A stretch of 64,000 nucleotides of DNA from Octopus sinensis (lineage: Eukaryota): contig NC_042998.1 of NCBI RefSeq assembly GCF_006345805.1, positions 6,696,001-6,760,000 on the forward strand, given 5' to 3'. Under the pieces are notes generated by a model. It was not told the origin of the DNA, did not search any database, and was given only the letters and a program-made list of their open reading frames with translations. This document shows, one piece after another, positions 25,296 to 38,100 of the stretch. How positions within the stretch are numbered: position 1 is the stretch's first letter; every line of letters starts with the position of its first letter. The translations under genes and the position numbers were made by a program.

Positions 25296-26056
25296 TTAAT
25301 AAGGGTGAGAGAATTAGATACTAATTTAATAGCATATCTATTCAACACCAAGTGGCCTAGTGCTCCGAGAACCTGGATTATTATAATATTTTATAATATA
25401 TTATATATTTTTACAAAATAAATATAAGAGAGTGGTCACTATATGGCTCACTCTAGCACTAGTTAATCCAAAAGGTTTCAGCCACAAAAATACATGTTTC
25501 CCATGAAAGTCAGTACGATTGTTAGCTCACACGGACAGGGCAAATAAAAAATAACAAAAATACAGATTATTTTGGGACAATTGTTTCGCTATTAATGAAT
25601 TAAATGTAATTTTACTTACAAAAAAATCCACTTGTAGCTCGTCAGCCAAAACTATCTGGATGAAATCCACTCAATCACACGCCAGATTTTACCATAACGA
25701 TAAATACACGTGTGGTTCAATTGATTACATCCGACGTTATAATTCAAATGCCCCAACTAACAGCGCGCCAAACTCTCACGGAAAACAAATACTGCATTTA
25801 GAAATAAATGTAGCATAATTATAATTAATTAATAAGGGTGAGAGAATTAGATACTAATTTAATAGCATATCTATTCAACACCAAGTGGCCTAGTGCTCCG
25901 AGAAACCTGGATTATTATAATATTTTATAATATATTATAATATTTTTACAAAATAAATATAAGAGAGTGGTCACTATATGGCTCACTGTGGCTGAAACCT
26001 TTTGGATTAACTAGTGCTAGAGTGAGCCATATAGTGACCACTCTCTTATATTTATT
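25291..26056 (-). mobile_element. Non-autonomous PLE/retrozyme-like element: 533-bp monomer, ~160-bp direct repeat plus inverted segment, in a SINE A (TA)n
   Basis: 25291-25451 repeated at 25824-25986; 25987-26056 is the reverse complement of ~25417-25486; (TA)n on both sides. Confidence 0.85.
25570..25651 (-). ncRNA. Type I hammerhead ribozyme with canonical core
   Basis: uuuugg-CUGACGA-gcua...uagc-GAAA-CAAUUG-UC-ccaaaa; perfect 6-bp stem I, G-C closing stem II, palindromic stem III, GUC site. Confidence 0.88.
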
Positions 26057-27094
26057 CTATATATATATATATATATGTATATATGTGTGTGTGTGTGTGG
26101 TGTGTGTGTGTGTCTCCCCAACATCGCTTGACAACCGATGCTGGTGTGTTTATGTCCCCGTAACTTAACGGTTTGGCAAAAGAGACCGATAGAATAAGTA
26201 CTAGGCTTACAAAGAATAAGTTCTGGGGTCGATTTGTTCGACTAAAGGCGGTGCTCCAGCATGGCCACAGTCAAATGACTGAAACAAGTAAAAGAGTAAT
26301 ATAGTTCATGGACCCCTAGTACTACCATTGTGGACCCCAGGTCAGGAACCACTGACCTGGTTTCATAATAACACCAACTGGCATGTAAGGTGCCTTTTAA
26401 TAGAGTCCATTCTGCTGCAACCATTCACCCTTGTTCTCTCCTTCCTTCATTCCAGTTTCAGAGGCTCCGTGAAGGATCATGAGCACTCCCTTCTCTCCTG
26501 ACTAAAAGACAGGGGTGGGGGCGGAATGAACAGGGTCGAGTAGAGGGTTTTTTTGTAGGATGACAGAGTGGCATATTAATGATGGCATGTCATGATTTAT
26601 AGAAGAGAGGCAGATGTGTTAAGGGGTGGCCACCTTTGCTATTTGAAGGTTTGTTAGAATACTAAACACTCCACAAATATCTAAAAAGAAAAACAGAGCA
26701 ACCCTCTAACAAACATCAAACACGTAGAACTGGCTTAACTAGTGGCACGGAAATTGCTTCCATTGGATGAAAACTATGTTGTTGGGTGGCAAATTTAACA
26801 AGGGTGGGTGGATGTGAATGTGGAATAACTGCTAAATGGTGATGCGGTATATTATCTGTTATTTAAGTCAGAATGGAGTGTGTTTACTTTTTTTTTAAGT
26901 AAGTTGCATATTGTCACTAATGACTAGACAAGTGCTTTTGTTTGGTTTTAGAGTTTATTTTCATCTTTTTGGAAAGAATCTAGAAACTAATTATTGTTCC
27001 TGTGCTGAGCTTAGAGAGCAGAAAACCCTTGTAAGCAAAGGACAAAACATTTTCTGAACCTGGACGTGCAAGATATTAAGAACGTGCATGCACA

Positions 27095-27170
<76 letters not shown>

Positions 27171-27172
<2 letters not shown>

Positions 27173-27415
27173 GTCAAAGGGTAATCAGAAATATTTGAAA
27201 TTTCCATTGCCATTGGCCTAGCATATAAAAATTTAGTCAATAGACTATATATTATTCATATAAATACAGTTTACATTTAAACACATAAGAGGTAGCCATC
27301 ATAGGATTCTTTGCATTCTATCCCTAATAGTGGTTTGGAATTTAACTGTCCTCTCTGGCATGCAAAGAATCCTATGATGGCTACCTCTTATGTGTTTAAA
27401 TGTACACTGTATTTA
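27171..27415. mobile_element. Fold-back PLE-like remnant between (TA)n tracts
   Basis: ~56-bp inverted arms 27261-27316/27360-27415; carries the tggcctagcata motif shared with the 14-kb element. Confidence 0.6.
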
Positions 27416-27515
27416 TATATATATATATATACATATACATACATGTATGCATATCTGTCTATCTATATATATATATACATGTATGCATATCTATCTATCT
27501 ATCTATCTATCTATC

Positions 27516-27598
<83 letters not shown>

Positions 27599-27630
27599 CA
27601 CATACATATATACATACATGTATGCATATC

Positions 27631-27677
<47 letters not shown>

Positions 27678-27755
27678 AATAATATATAAATATATGCATA
27701 TATACTATACATAAATATATGTACATACCTACGTATATATGTATATATGCATATA
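27415..27755. repeat. (TA)n/(TCTA)n microsatellite block
   Basis: Direct inspection. Confidence 0.95.
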
Positions 27756-29009
27756 TGAGTACAGGACATCAAAAAAAATGAGACAGAATGAGAAATGAGA
27801 ATATAAAAAACAAAAACATAGAAAACGAAATTTTTTTGAACAATGAAAAAAAGCAAACAGAGAAACGGGACATGCAACATGAAGAACATTCCCTTCATCA
27901 GTTGTCCCCTGTTTTATCTACTCAGTGTTTTGAAGGTAAGGACAAGATGCAACTTCGTTAAAACTGTCCTTCCCGCAAAGGAAATTAAATAAAAGTTGGG
28001 ATTTTTTGTGGAGGGTGAAAGTGGTAACAAAAACGGGACAGTGAGAACAAAACAGTAAAAGCAAATGGTGAGGGCTGTTAAACCAAGTCGATGTGAAGTG
28101 GTGGACGCTGGAAAAATGAACTTTGAGAAATGACAGATAAAAGTACGTTTTGTCTTTAGGAAGGATGTGGAAGAAAGAAAGAATGGTCGTTGGTCACGTG
28201 TGTGCAACGAGAGAGTCAAGGAGGAAGAGTGAGAGAGAGAGAGGGAATGGTGAAGGGGAGAGGAGAAGAATAGGGAAAGGGTGGGAGAGAAAAACAGAAA
28301 AGATCAAGAGAGGGATATATCTATATATATATATATATATGGCGTTAGGAAGGGCATCCAGCTGTAGAAACACTGCCAGATCAGACTGGCCTGGTGCGGC
28401 CTTCGGGCTTGCCAGACCCCAGTTGAACCGTCCAACCCATGCTAGCATGGAAAGCGGACGTTAAACGATGATGATGATATATATGAGAGAGAGAAAGAGA
28501 GAGAGATATAGGCATATATACATATGCGTTTCCTCCTCATCATCATTATCATCGTCGTCGTCATCTTCATCCTCATCATCATCATCACCCTTTAACATCT
28601 GTTCAAATGCTGTAACTTTTGGGGTTTTTTTTTTTACCACATTCAATAAACAAATTACCTATATTATTCATAATTAGTATTATAGTATTGTAATACCTTG
28701 AAATATTTTAGCTTACTTCATTTTGAAATTATGTAGAGAAAGCATTGGTTGTGGCAATATTTGACTGAGTATTTCAGCTGCATCACTTTTCCCGTGCTCT
28801 GTGACCAATTTGGTACCAAATTGTCTAATAACAACCTGTGAATTCTTGACACCCATAACTATTGAAGCGGTGTTAGAGAACTGACAAATGTGCATTTACT
28901 CTGTAAACTGAGCGAAATTTTAATAAGCATAAATGTAATAACTGATGCTAAGAAGAAGAAGTAAGAACAATCTTCACAAGTATACTTGACATCTGAATTT
29001 CTGCCATCA

Positions 29010-29380
29010 TCTCTCTATATATAAACGGCAGTTTGTCTGTGTGTGTTTCTGTGTGTCTGTTAGGTTGTACCCTCACCCTGGCCACGGCTTTCAACCGATT
29101 CTGATGGAACTTAACACACACATAGCCCAATGTCATAATTCAAGACTAACGCACCGAAAATTTTGAAAAGTTCCCCCAGTTCTGAAAAAAATCGATAAAT
29201 TCGACATGGGGTCGAGAATCAGAAACACAAACCACAGACTGTCTAGGGGACGCAACTCGACCTTTTTAACTAAAAAAAAATTTACCATAATTTTTTTTCC
29301 ATATTTTGGCTATAACTTTCTAAAAATGCTTTATAGTTATTTCCCTTACAAACCCGAGCAACGCCGGGCGATACTGCTAG
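29010..29380 (+). mobile_element. Non-autonomous Helitron
   Basis: 5' TC after A, subterminal hairpin cccgagcaacgccggg, 3' CTAG followed by T, no TSD. Confidence 0.85.
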
Positions 29381-30530
29381 TTTGTTAATACAATAATACT
29401 TAAGTGTCTGCTATCATTTATTTTTTTGTCTTATACTTGTTTCGATCATTAGACTGCAGCCAAACTGGGGCTCTGCCTTGGAGAATGTTTAGTTGAATGT
29501 ATTGACACCCAGTATTTAATTTTTAAAGTTTGATACTTATTCTATCAGTCTCTTTTACTGAACTGCTAAGTTACAGGGACTTCAATCCACCAGCAACAGT
29601 TGTCAATTTAAACTGCAGCCAATATGGGGCTCCACCTTGGAGAATTTTTAGTTGAATGTATTGACACCCAGTATTTAATTTTTTAAAGTTTGGTACTTAT
29701 TCTATCAGGCTCTTTTACTGAACTGCTAAGTTACAGGGACCTCAACCCACCAGCAACGGTTGTCAAGTGGTAACAGAAGGTAGAACACAGACACAAGCTA
29801 CATCTGCTGGTTTTGAGTAAAAGAAAACACAGGTGGATCAGTTGATTATAATTTTATTCATTGTATTCCTCTCTGTGATTCACAATCTTATTGCAGCGAT
29901 CCTTCAGTTTTTCTAAGCTCTGTAAAAGAACTTGGAAGGTTATGCCTCCAACCAAGCCTTTCACAATACCCTAAAAGCCAGACACTTTACAGCACTCCCT
30001 CATAGGAGCAGTCAGCTTCCAGTATGGACCTCAAGATCGCTCCAGAGCCTGGTGCATCTATTCCTCACTGTGTCCCTGGGAAGATCTTCGAAAACCTCCT
30101 TAATCTTGACCACCAGCTTAGCCTTGGTGTTGCAGGCTAAGTGGTTGGTGTCTTTCTCAACCATGTGATTATAATTGCGGGAATTAGGAGGCCAGAAATT
30201 GGGGCTGATGACTATGGGACTACATCTAAAAAGTTCCTCTCCCAGGCATAAGTCCGAGCAAGGTTGCTTATGGAAGACCAGCAGTTGCCCATGCATACCA
30301 GCCTCACATCTCTATGCAACTGATGTTGTCCTAGGCAAAGGCAAAGGCTGATACAGCTTGACATGTGTGACATTGCAACTCATTTCTACAGCTGAGTAAA
30401 CTGGAGCTCAACACACAGCTTGGTCCAGGAACTGAACTCAAAACCTCAATATTATAAACCTGACTCTCTAACCACTGAGCCATGCACCTTCACCTATACA
30501 TGTGTGTGTGAAGGTACATATATGGATAAA

Positions 30531-32151
30531 CAGGGTGTCCCAAAAGTCACTGATGGGTTTCAATTTTTAATTATTTCTTTAACTTTACAAATAAATGCAT
30601 GAAATTTTGATACAATAAAAGAATATAATGGAAATTAATATGCACAAGTCAAATTTTGCAACACCCCTACATCACCTATGAAAAATTGCATTGCTTAAAT
30701 GGCAGCCATTTTCAGCTTCACACACCTGTGCTCTTTCCAAGACTTGCACCATAACACCCTCAAGAGTTTCAGACCCCACTTCTTTGATTTCTCTATTGAT
30801 GTTCTCATTCACTTCCACCAGAGAGAGTTTACGTCAACAAATGGGAGACCCTGGTGGAAGTGAATGAGAACATCAATAGAGAAATCAAAGAAGTGGGGTC
30901 TGAAACTCTTGAGGGTGTTATGGTGCAAGTTTTGGAAAGAGCACAGGTGTGCAAAGCTGAAAATGGCTGCCATTTAAGCAATGCCATTTTTCATAGGTGG
31001 TTAGTTAGTTAGTTAGTTAATTCTTTGGCTCAAAAACCAAGGCCATGTAGGGGGACATGGAGTTATGTACAGGGTGGTGTTCAGGTAAAGAGTTCAGGTC
31101 ACTTGTGGTCAAGCGAGACTTTGAACCGAGCGGTTGTCGGCATCTTCACCATCTCGTCCGGCAGCTTATTCCACGGATCCGCAACCCGGACAGAGAAAGC
31201 CCCTCTCCTTCGATTGAGATGAAATCGTCGCAGATAGAGCTTTTTGGAATGACCCCTGCAGCCGACGCTCTGGAGCAGGAGTGAAGAACAGCTCTTTTGA
31301 GAGGTTACAGTTTCTGCTTATGATGTTGTGAGCAAGAATGAGATCACTACGGCGTCGTCGTTTTTCTAGAGAATAAAGGTCGAGCGTCTTCAGCCTTTTT
31401 TCATAAGACAAATTCTTGAGACCCAGAACCATGCGGGTAGCCAGCTTCTGGACTCTTTCGAGATGCTGTATGTCTTTGAGGAGATAAGGAGAAGAGGCTT
31501 GAATCCCGTAATCCAATATGGGTCTCACCAGCGTGACATAGAGTGGTAGGCTGCTGTGAGCATTCCGAATGACCATTGAATCAAGAACAGAACTCCACGT
31601 GCTTTGTTGGCAGCATGGACGCACTGGGCCGAAGGCGAAAAGGAGGAATCCACCAAGATACCCAGTCCTTTACCTGATCGGTCCTCTCCAGCAGCAGATG
31701 ACCCGGCTCGAAATCAAGTTGAGTTGCAGGAGGAGAGGCAACAGGCAGATGACAGCACTTTGACACGTTCAGACACAGGTCCCATCCGTTAGACCATCTC
31801 CAAATTTGGTGGAGGCATCGACGAAGATCCTCTATATCACTGCGAGGAGCGACCAGTTTGACATCGTCGGCAAATAGAAGGGTGTGTTGCGTGAGGTCAT
31901 TGGGCAAGTCATTTATGAAGACTAAGAACAATAAGGGCCCAAGCATTGAACCTTGAGGCACGCCACTGCTCGCACTGGAGACGTCGGACCGCGAACCATT
32001 AATTTGGACTTGGTGGTGTTGGGGTGTTGCAAAATTTGACTTGTACCTATTAATTTCCATTATATTCTTTTATTGTATCAAAATTTCATGCATTTATTTG
32101 TAAAGTTAAGGACATTATTAAAACCCCATCAGTGACTTCTGGGACACGCTG
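30531..32151. mobile_element. Tc1/mariner fold-back MITE interrupted by CR1
   Basis: cagggtgtcccaaaagtcactgatggg ... cccatcagtgacttctgggacacgctg; arms 30531-30830 vs 30853-31000 plus 32011-32151. Confidence 0.85.
31001..32010 (-). mobile_element. 5'-truncated CR1-type LINE (frameshifted RT)
   Basis: SGVPQGSMLGPLLFLVFINDL..LLFADD..LVRPILDYG..LERVQKLATRM; (taac)n tail. Confidence 0.9.
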
Positions 32152-33098
32152 TATATACAAAAGGTTCTTACAGTTTTGGCCAATCAAATGCCAGATACAA
32201 TTACAAAGCTTTGGTCATTACAAGGCTAAAGAAAACATTTTCCCAAGGTACCACACAGTGGGACTGAACTCAAAACCATTTGCTTGGAAAGCAAACCTTT
32301 TAACTACAGAGCCATACCTATGCTTATGCGTGTGTGTGCGTCTGCGGATACATACATATATATATTTATTTGTAAGTAAATCAAAGACATTTATAAAAGA
32401 ACATAGAGAAAGCAGATGCATTTGTAGAAATTTTTTACATGTTCTTACCAACACAAAATTGTCGTTTTATATAAACACATACATTATTGAACGGGAAATG
32501 CTTACGATATGTTTCTGTCTAGACGTAGTATTGTTAATAAAAAATGAATAAAGAGGCCAATAATCTAATACACAATGACACACGCACACACACACAGTCG
32601 TACACACACACACACACACACAATCACAACATAATCGTGTATACACACCTGTACACACAATCACGACACACTTATATCTCCAAGGTATTTTCTTTGTGTT
32701 TTTGTTTTTTTGTTGTTGTTGTTGCTGTTGTTGCAGTCATTATGTAGCAATCGTTCTTTGAAAAGGAGAAAATAGTTATCATGATCTCAAAGATGATGAT
32801 GATGATGATTCTGACTATGATGTTACAGAGAGAGAGAGAGATGATGACTATGTTAATGGTGATGGTGGTAAAGAAGATGAGAGTGACGACGATGATGACG
32901 ATGACGGTGGTATGGACGATTACGTCAATGAGGATGAGAATGATAATTGTTTGTATGTATGTATGTACGTACATACCGATGATGATGACGATGATGACGA
33001 TGATGATGCCGCAGATGCTGACAAAAAAACAAATTTTTCAAAATGTTGACTTCTACTTGCTGTGAAAGCAATTCAGATTATAAGAACCAACCATTTCA

Positions 33099-33155
<57 letters not shown>

Positions 33156-33238
33156 CTCATACTGATATGCATAGTCTGCATACATGCATATAGACATAGT
33201 TCTTAGAGTAATGACCTAACATCTACATGTCATCATCT

Positions 33239-33269
<31 letters not shown>

Positions 33270-33764
33270 CATTTAACGTCCGCCTGTCATGCTGGCATGG
33301 GTTAGACTTACAGAGAAAAGACTGGCATTCTGTCAGTTACGATGACAAAGATTCCAGCTGATCCAGTCAATAGAACAACCCATTCATGAAATTAACGTGC
33401 AAGTGGCTGAGTGCTCCACAGACATGCTCCACAGACCCTGAAAGGATGAAAGGCAAAGTCAACCTTGGCGGAATCTGAACTCAGAATGTAAAGACAGATG
33501 AAATACCGCCAAGCATTTTGCCTGGCATGCTAATGTTCCTGCCTGTTTGGCCCCTTCAGCATGACACAGAATGTGAAAAATCTGGCCCTTTGAAACAGAG
33601 GTACTACTCATTTTTGTCAGCTGAGTTGACAGGAGCAACATGAAATAAAGTGTCTTGCTTAAGGAGACAACACACCACTAGGAATCAAACTCACGACCTT
33701 ATGGCCGTCAGCTGAATACCCTAACCACCAGACTACACGCCTTCACTAGTATAAAAAAAACTAT

Positions 33765-35102
33765 ACAAGGTTAGATCAATAAGTATCCGGATTGTTGCCA
33801 TAGTAACAAAGCTAAAGTACACAGAGTGAAGCCACTTGGCAAAGATTGACCTTGAATTCTGCTGGGCATGTTCACTAAGTTTTAACATTCTAGCACACTT
33901 CTACTGTTTACAGAAGTGTTTGGAAGGAAGGTGTGTAGCATGTGATCTTCACATTGACTATTACAGAGTAAGTTGTCATGGCAGTACCTGCTCAGAGGCC
34001 TACGTGAAGTTGCAGAAAGTGTGTGGAGAAGAGTGTATGAGCCGCACACAAGTGTACGAGTGGTTCATACATTTCTAAGATTGCCAAAAAAAAAAAAAAT
34101 GTAGATATTGACAAACGCTCTGGGAGACCCACAACCAGCAGAACTGAAGACAAACATTGCAGATGTGCGTGCATCTGTGAGGGAAAATTGTCAAATCACC
34201 ATCCATGAGTTATCAGATGATGTGCAGAAAGGCGGTGACCTGGCAGAAACGTTAGCACGCTGGGCGAAATGCGTAGCCATATTTCGTCGGCTGTTACGTT
34301 CTGAGTTCAATTTCCGCCGAGGTCAACTTTGCCTTACATCCTTTCGGGGTCGATAAATTAAGAACCAGTTACGCACTGAGGTCGATATAATCGACTTAAT
34401 CTGTTTGTCTGTCCTTGTTTGTTCCCTCTGTGTTTAGCCCCTTGCGGGTAGTAAAGAAATAGGTATTTCCTCTGTCTTTACGTTCTGAGTTCAAATTCCG
34501 CCGAGTTCGACTTTGCCTTACATCCTTTCGGGGTCGATAAATTAAATACCAGTCACACACTGGGGTCGATGTAATCGACTTAATCCATTTGTCTGTCTTT
34601 GTTTGTCCCCTCTGTGTTTAGCTCCTTGTGAGTAGTAAAGAAATATATCAGAGGATGTGCAGATTAGTTACGGTTCAGTTCAGTCCGTTATCACTGAAGA
34701 TTTGGGTGTCAGATGCATGTCTGCCAAGTTTGTGCCAAAACTACTTTCAGCTGACCAAAAAGACACTCAGGTTTCAGTTGTACAAGATCTTGATTGTGTT
34801 GAGAATGATGAAAACCTTTTGTAAGCTTTGCATAGGCTTCTGAGCAGGTATCGCCAAGCTTTTGGTAAAATCCGATGCAATTTCTCTGCCTAACTTTCTC
34901 TGTCATGGTCAATGCATTTATCACATGCTACACACCTTCCTTCCAAGCACTGCTGTAAACAGTGGAAATGAGTTAGAACATTAAAACTTGATGCACATGC
35001 ACAACAGAATTCAAGGTCAATCCGTACCAAGCAGCTTCACTCTGCATGCTTTAGCTTCATCACTATGACAACAGTCCAGATATTTATGGATCAGATCATG
35101 TA
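33765..35102. mobile_element. mariner element with two inverted 5' ends, interrupted by SINE B (34229-34645)
   Basis: Long imperfect TIRs; transposase relic MSRTQVYEWF..SGRP..ISYGSVQ..KFVPKLL; SINE flanked by atcaga(t/g)gatgtgcaga TSD. Confidence 0.8.
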
Positions 35103-37389
35103 CATGCATAATGTTTCAAAGTTTGGCACAAGGCCAGCAATTTTGAAGGAGAGATTAAGTTGATTATATTCACTCCAGTGTTCAACTGGTACTTATTTTA
35201 TTGACCCTGAAAGGATGAAAGGCAAAATGAACTCCAACAGAATTTGAACTCAGAATGTAAAGATGGACAAAATGCCACTATGCATTCTACAAGCTTGCAA
35301 CCCTACTATACATACATAATATACAGATTAACATTCACATGTTGTATATGCGAATTTCCTTTGTGGTTCATATATTTGTTTAGATTTTTGTTAAGAAAAT
35401 ACAGTGTTATTGATTTTTTTTTTATAGGGCCCACATAATTGGTGAGAGGAAGAGTGAATGTTATCCTTAGACCAGAAATGTCTTTCTATTTTTTTATTTC
35501 TTTATTGCTCACAAGGGGCTACACACGGAGGGGACAAACAAGGACAAAGGGATTAAGTCAATTACATCGATCACAGTGCATAACTGGTACTTAATTTATC
35601 AACCCCGAAAGGATGAAAGGCAAAGTTGACCTTGGCAGAATTTAAACTCAGAACATAATGGCATACAAAATACCTATTTCTTTACTACCCACAAGGGGCT
35701 AAGCACAGAAGGAATAAACATGGACAGACAAACAGATTAAGTCGATTATATCGACTCTAGTGCGTAACTGGTGTTTAATTTATCAACCCCAGAAGGATGA
35801 AAGGCAAAGTCGACCTCGGCAGAATTTGAACTCAGAACGTAACGGCAGACAAAATACCACTAAGCACTTCGCCTGGCATGCTAACATTTCTGCCAGCTCA
35901 CTGCAATAGAAATGTCTTTCTATTGCTTGCAAATGAATAGTCTCTCAACCATTTTGAGACCCACCCACCTGCGACAAACCCTCATTCTATGACACAAACT
36001 TTCTCTTTTAAAGTAATCTAAATAAAATCTTCCATCAAAATTCATGTCATTTTGTTTCAAACACTAACGTAACCCTCATTATGATGTTAAACTGTTTGCA
36101 GGTACTGATTTGTCATCATCATCATTTAACGTCCTCTTTCCATGCTAGCATGGGTTGGACGATTTGACTGAGGGCTGGTGAACCAGATGGCTGCACCAGG
36201 CTCCAATATGATCTGGCAGAGTTTCTACAGCTGGATGCTCTTCCTAACACCAACCACTCCATGAGTGTAGTGGGTGCTACTGACGAAGGCCAGTCAGGCG
36301 GTACTGGCAGTGGCCACTCTCAAATAGTGCTTTTTACATGCCACCTGCACAGGAGCCAGTCCAGCGGCACTGGCAACGACCTCGCTTAAATGTTTTTTTT
36401 TCACTCAAATTTTTTTCCGCTCGAATGTTTCTTTTTACTCGAATGCTTTTTTTTTTGTTTAATTTGTTAAAATTATATCATGTGTTAAAGCTACGTCATA
36501 TGAAAGAGAAAATTCAGGAACGTATTCTACTATCAAAAATGAGTTAACGTGGCTCCCATGTCTCAAGAGTGCAAAGACAGTACCAAATATAATCAGATCA
36601 TCATCATCATTTAGTAGGTTGACAGGAGTAGGCAAACCAGAAGACTGGTGCCAAGCTCTACTATCTGCTTTGCTATGGTTTGTACAGCTGGTTGCCCTCC
36701 CTAATGCCAACCACTTCTCAGAGCAGAGTGAGTATCTTTTACATGGCACCAGCACCAGTGAGGTTACCAAGCAGCTTGCAAGACATAACCCCTCAATTGA
36801 GTGGGAAGTAATTTGAGGAAGAGATGGCTTTGTGCCAGGTAATGAAAGGTTAGAGAATGATATAGGAATAGAGGTAGGTGTCTTGCTTAAGAGGAGAGGA
36901 GATACATTGCTACCCCAGTTGAAAAGAGAAGTGAGAAAGGAGAGAAAGAGAGGGGTGAGAGAGAGAGCAATTGCACGGATAAATATTTCACAATTATATC
37001 ATAAAAACATTTATGTGCAAAACATTTAGTGAGGGAGCTCAATAAAGATGCAATATATGAAATTTTAAATAAGTAAGAAAAAAAAAGGAAGGAAAAACAG
37101 GAAATTAGAAAAAAATAGTTTTTTTATTTCTTTTACGCGATTTTTCGTAGTTTACCAGAGAATTTCTCTAGTTTCTAAGACCAAAGCATATCAGGTCAAC
37201 AAGTCCATGAAATCTCCCTGAAACAGACAAACTAACCCAAATGGAAAGTGTGTGTGTGTTGGAATGACTTCCCTATAGGTACATAGAGACACTTGTACAC
37301 ACACACATATACACACACACACATACACAGAAAAGGGATATGTTAAAAAACAGTTTTGTTGTAGGATAGTGGTGATACAGTTCTATATT

Positions 37390-37755
37390 TAAGAGATGAG
37401 GAATTATGTATATTATTTACATTATTTAAATTCGATGGATATTTGTCCTCATCTTGTTTGTTGTTAACACAACATTTTGGCTGATATACCCTCCAGCCTT
37501 CATCAGGTGTCTTGGGGAAATTTCGAACCTGGGTTCTCATTCCTAAGGTATTTTTCAATGTTATTATTATTATTAATAATAATAATAATAACAATAATAA
37601 CAACATCGAAGATACCTTAGGAATGAGAATCCAGGTTCAAAATTTCCCCAAGACACCTGAAGAAGGGTGGAGGGTATATCAGCTGAAATGTTGTGTTAAT
37701 AACAAACAAGATAAGGACAAGTATCTGTCGAATATAAATAATGTAAATAATGTCG
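37390..37755. mobile_element. Inverted pair of PLE-like ends with degenerate minimal hammerheads (37467-37510 minus; 37653-37696 plus)
   Basis: Same family and orientation as 7920-8290, with a (tta)/(aat) spacer. Confidence 0.65.
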
Positions 37756-37875
37756 ATAGTGGTGATGTTCTTCAGTAATATGTTTGTGTGTGTGTGTGTG
37801 TGTGTGTTTATTTGTGTGTGGTTTTAATGTGTGTGATTGTGGGGTTGTGTTTGTTGGAGGTACTTCACGCATACC

Positions 37876-38100
37876 AAGGCGGCGAGCTGGCAGAAACGTT
37901 AGCACGCCGGACGAAATGCGTAGCCGTATATTTCGCCTGCCGTTACGTTCTGAGTTCAAATTCCGCCGAGGTCGACTTTGCCTTTCACCCTTTCGGGGTT
38001 GATAAATTAAGTACCAGTTACGCACTGGGGTCGATGTAATCGACTTAATCTCCTTGTCTGTCCTCTCTGTCTTTAGCCCCTTGTGGGTAATAAAGAAATA
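37876..38100 (+). mobile_element. SINE B (young)
   Basis: 16-bp TSD aggtacttcacgcata at 37858-37873 and 38100-38115. Confidence 0.9.

Noticed and set aside
27890-27965. CUGAUGA on the minus strand as a possible type II hammerhead (related sequence near 59950)
   Set aside because: The GAAA element and stems I/III could not be built convincingly
32780-33020. Met-rich 94-aa ORF
   Set aside because: Translation of a (GAT)n low-complexity tract
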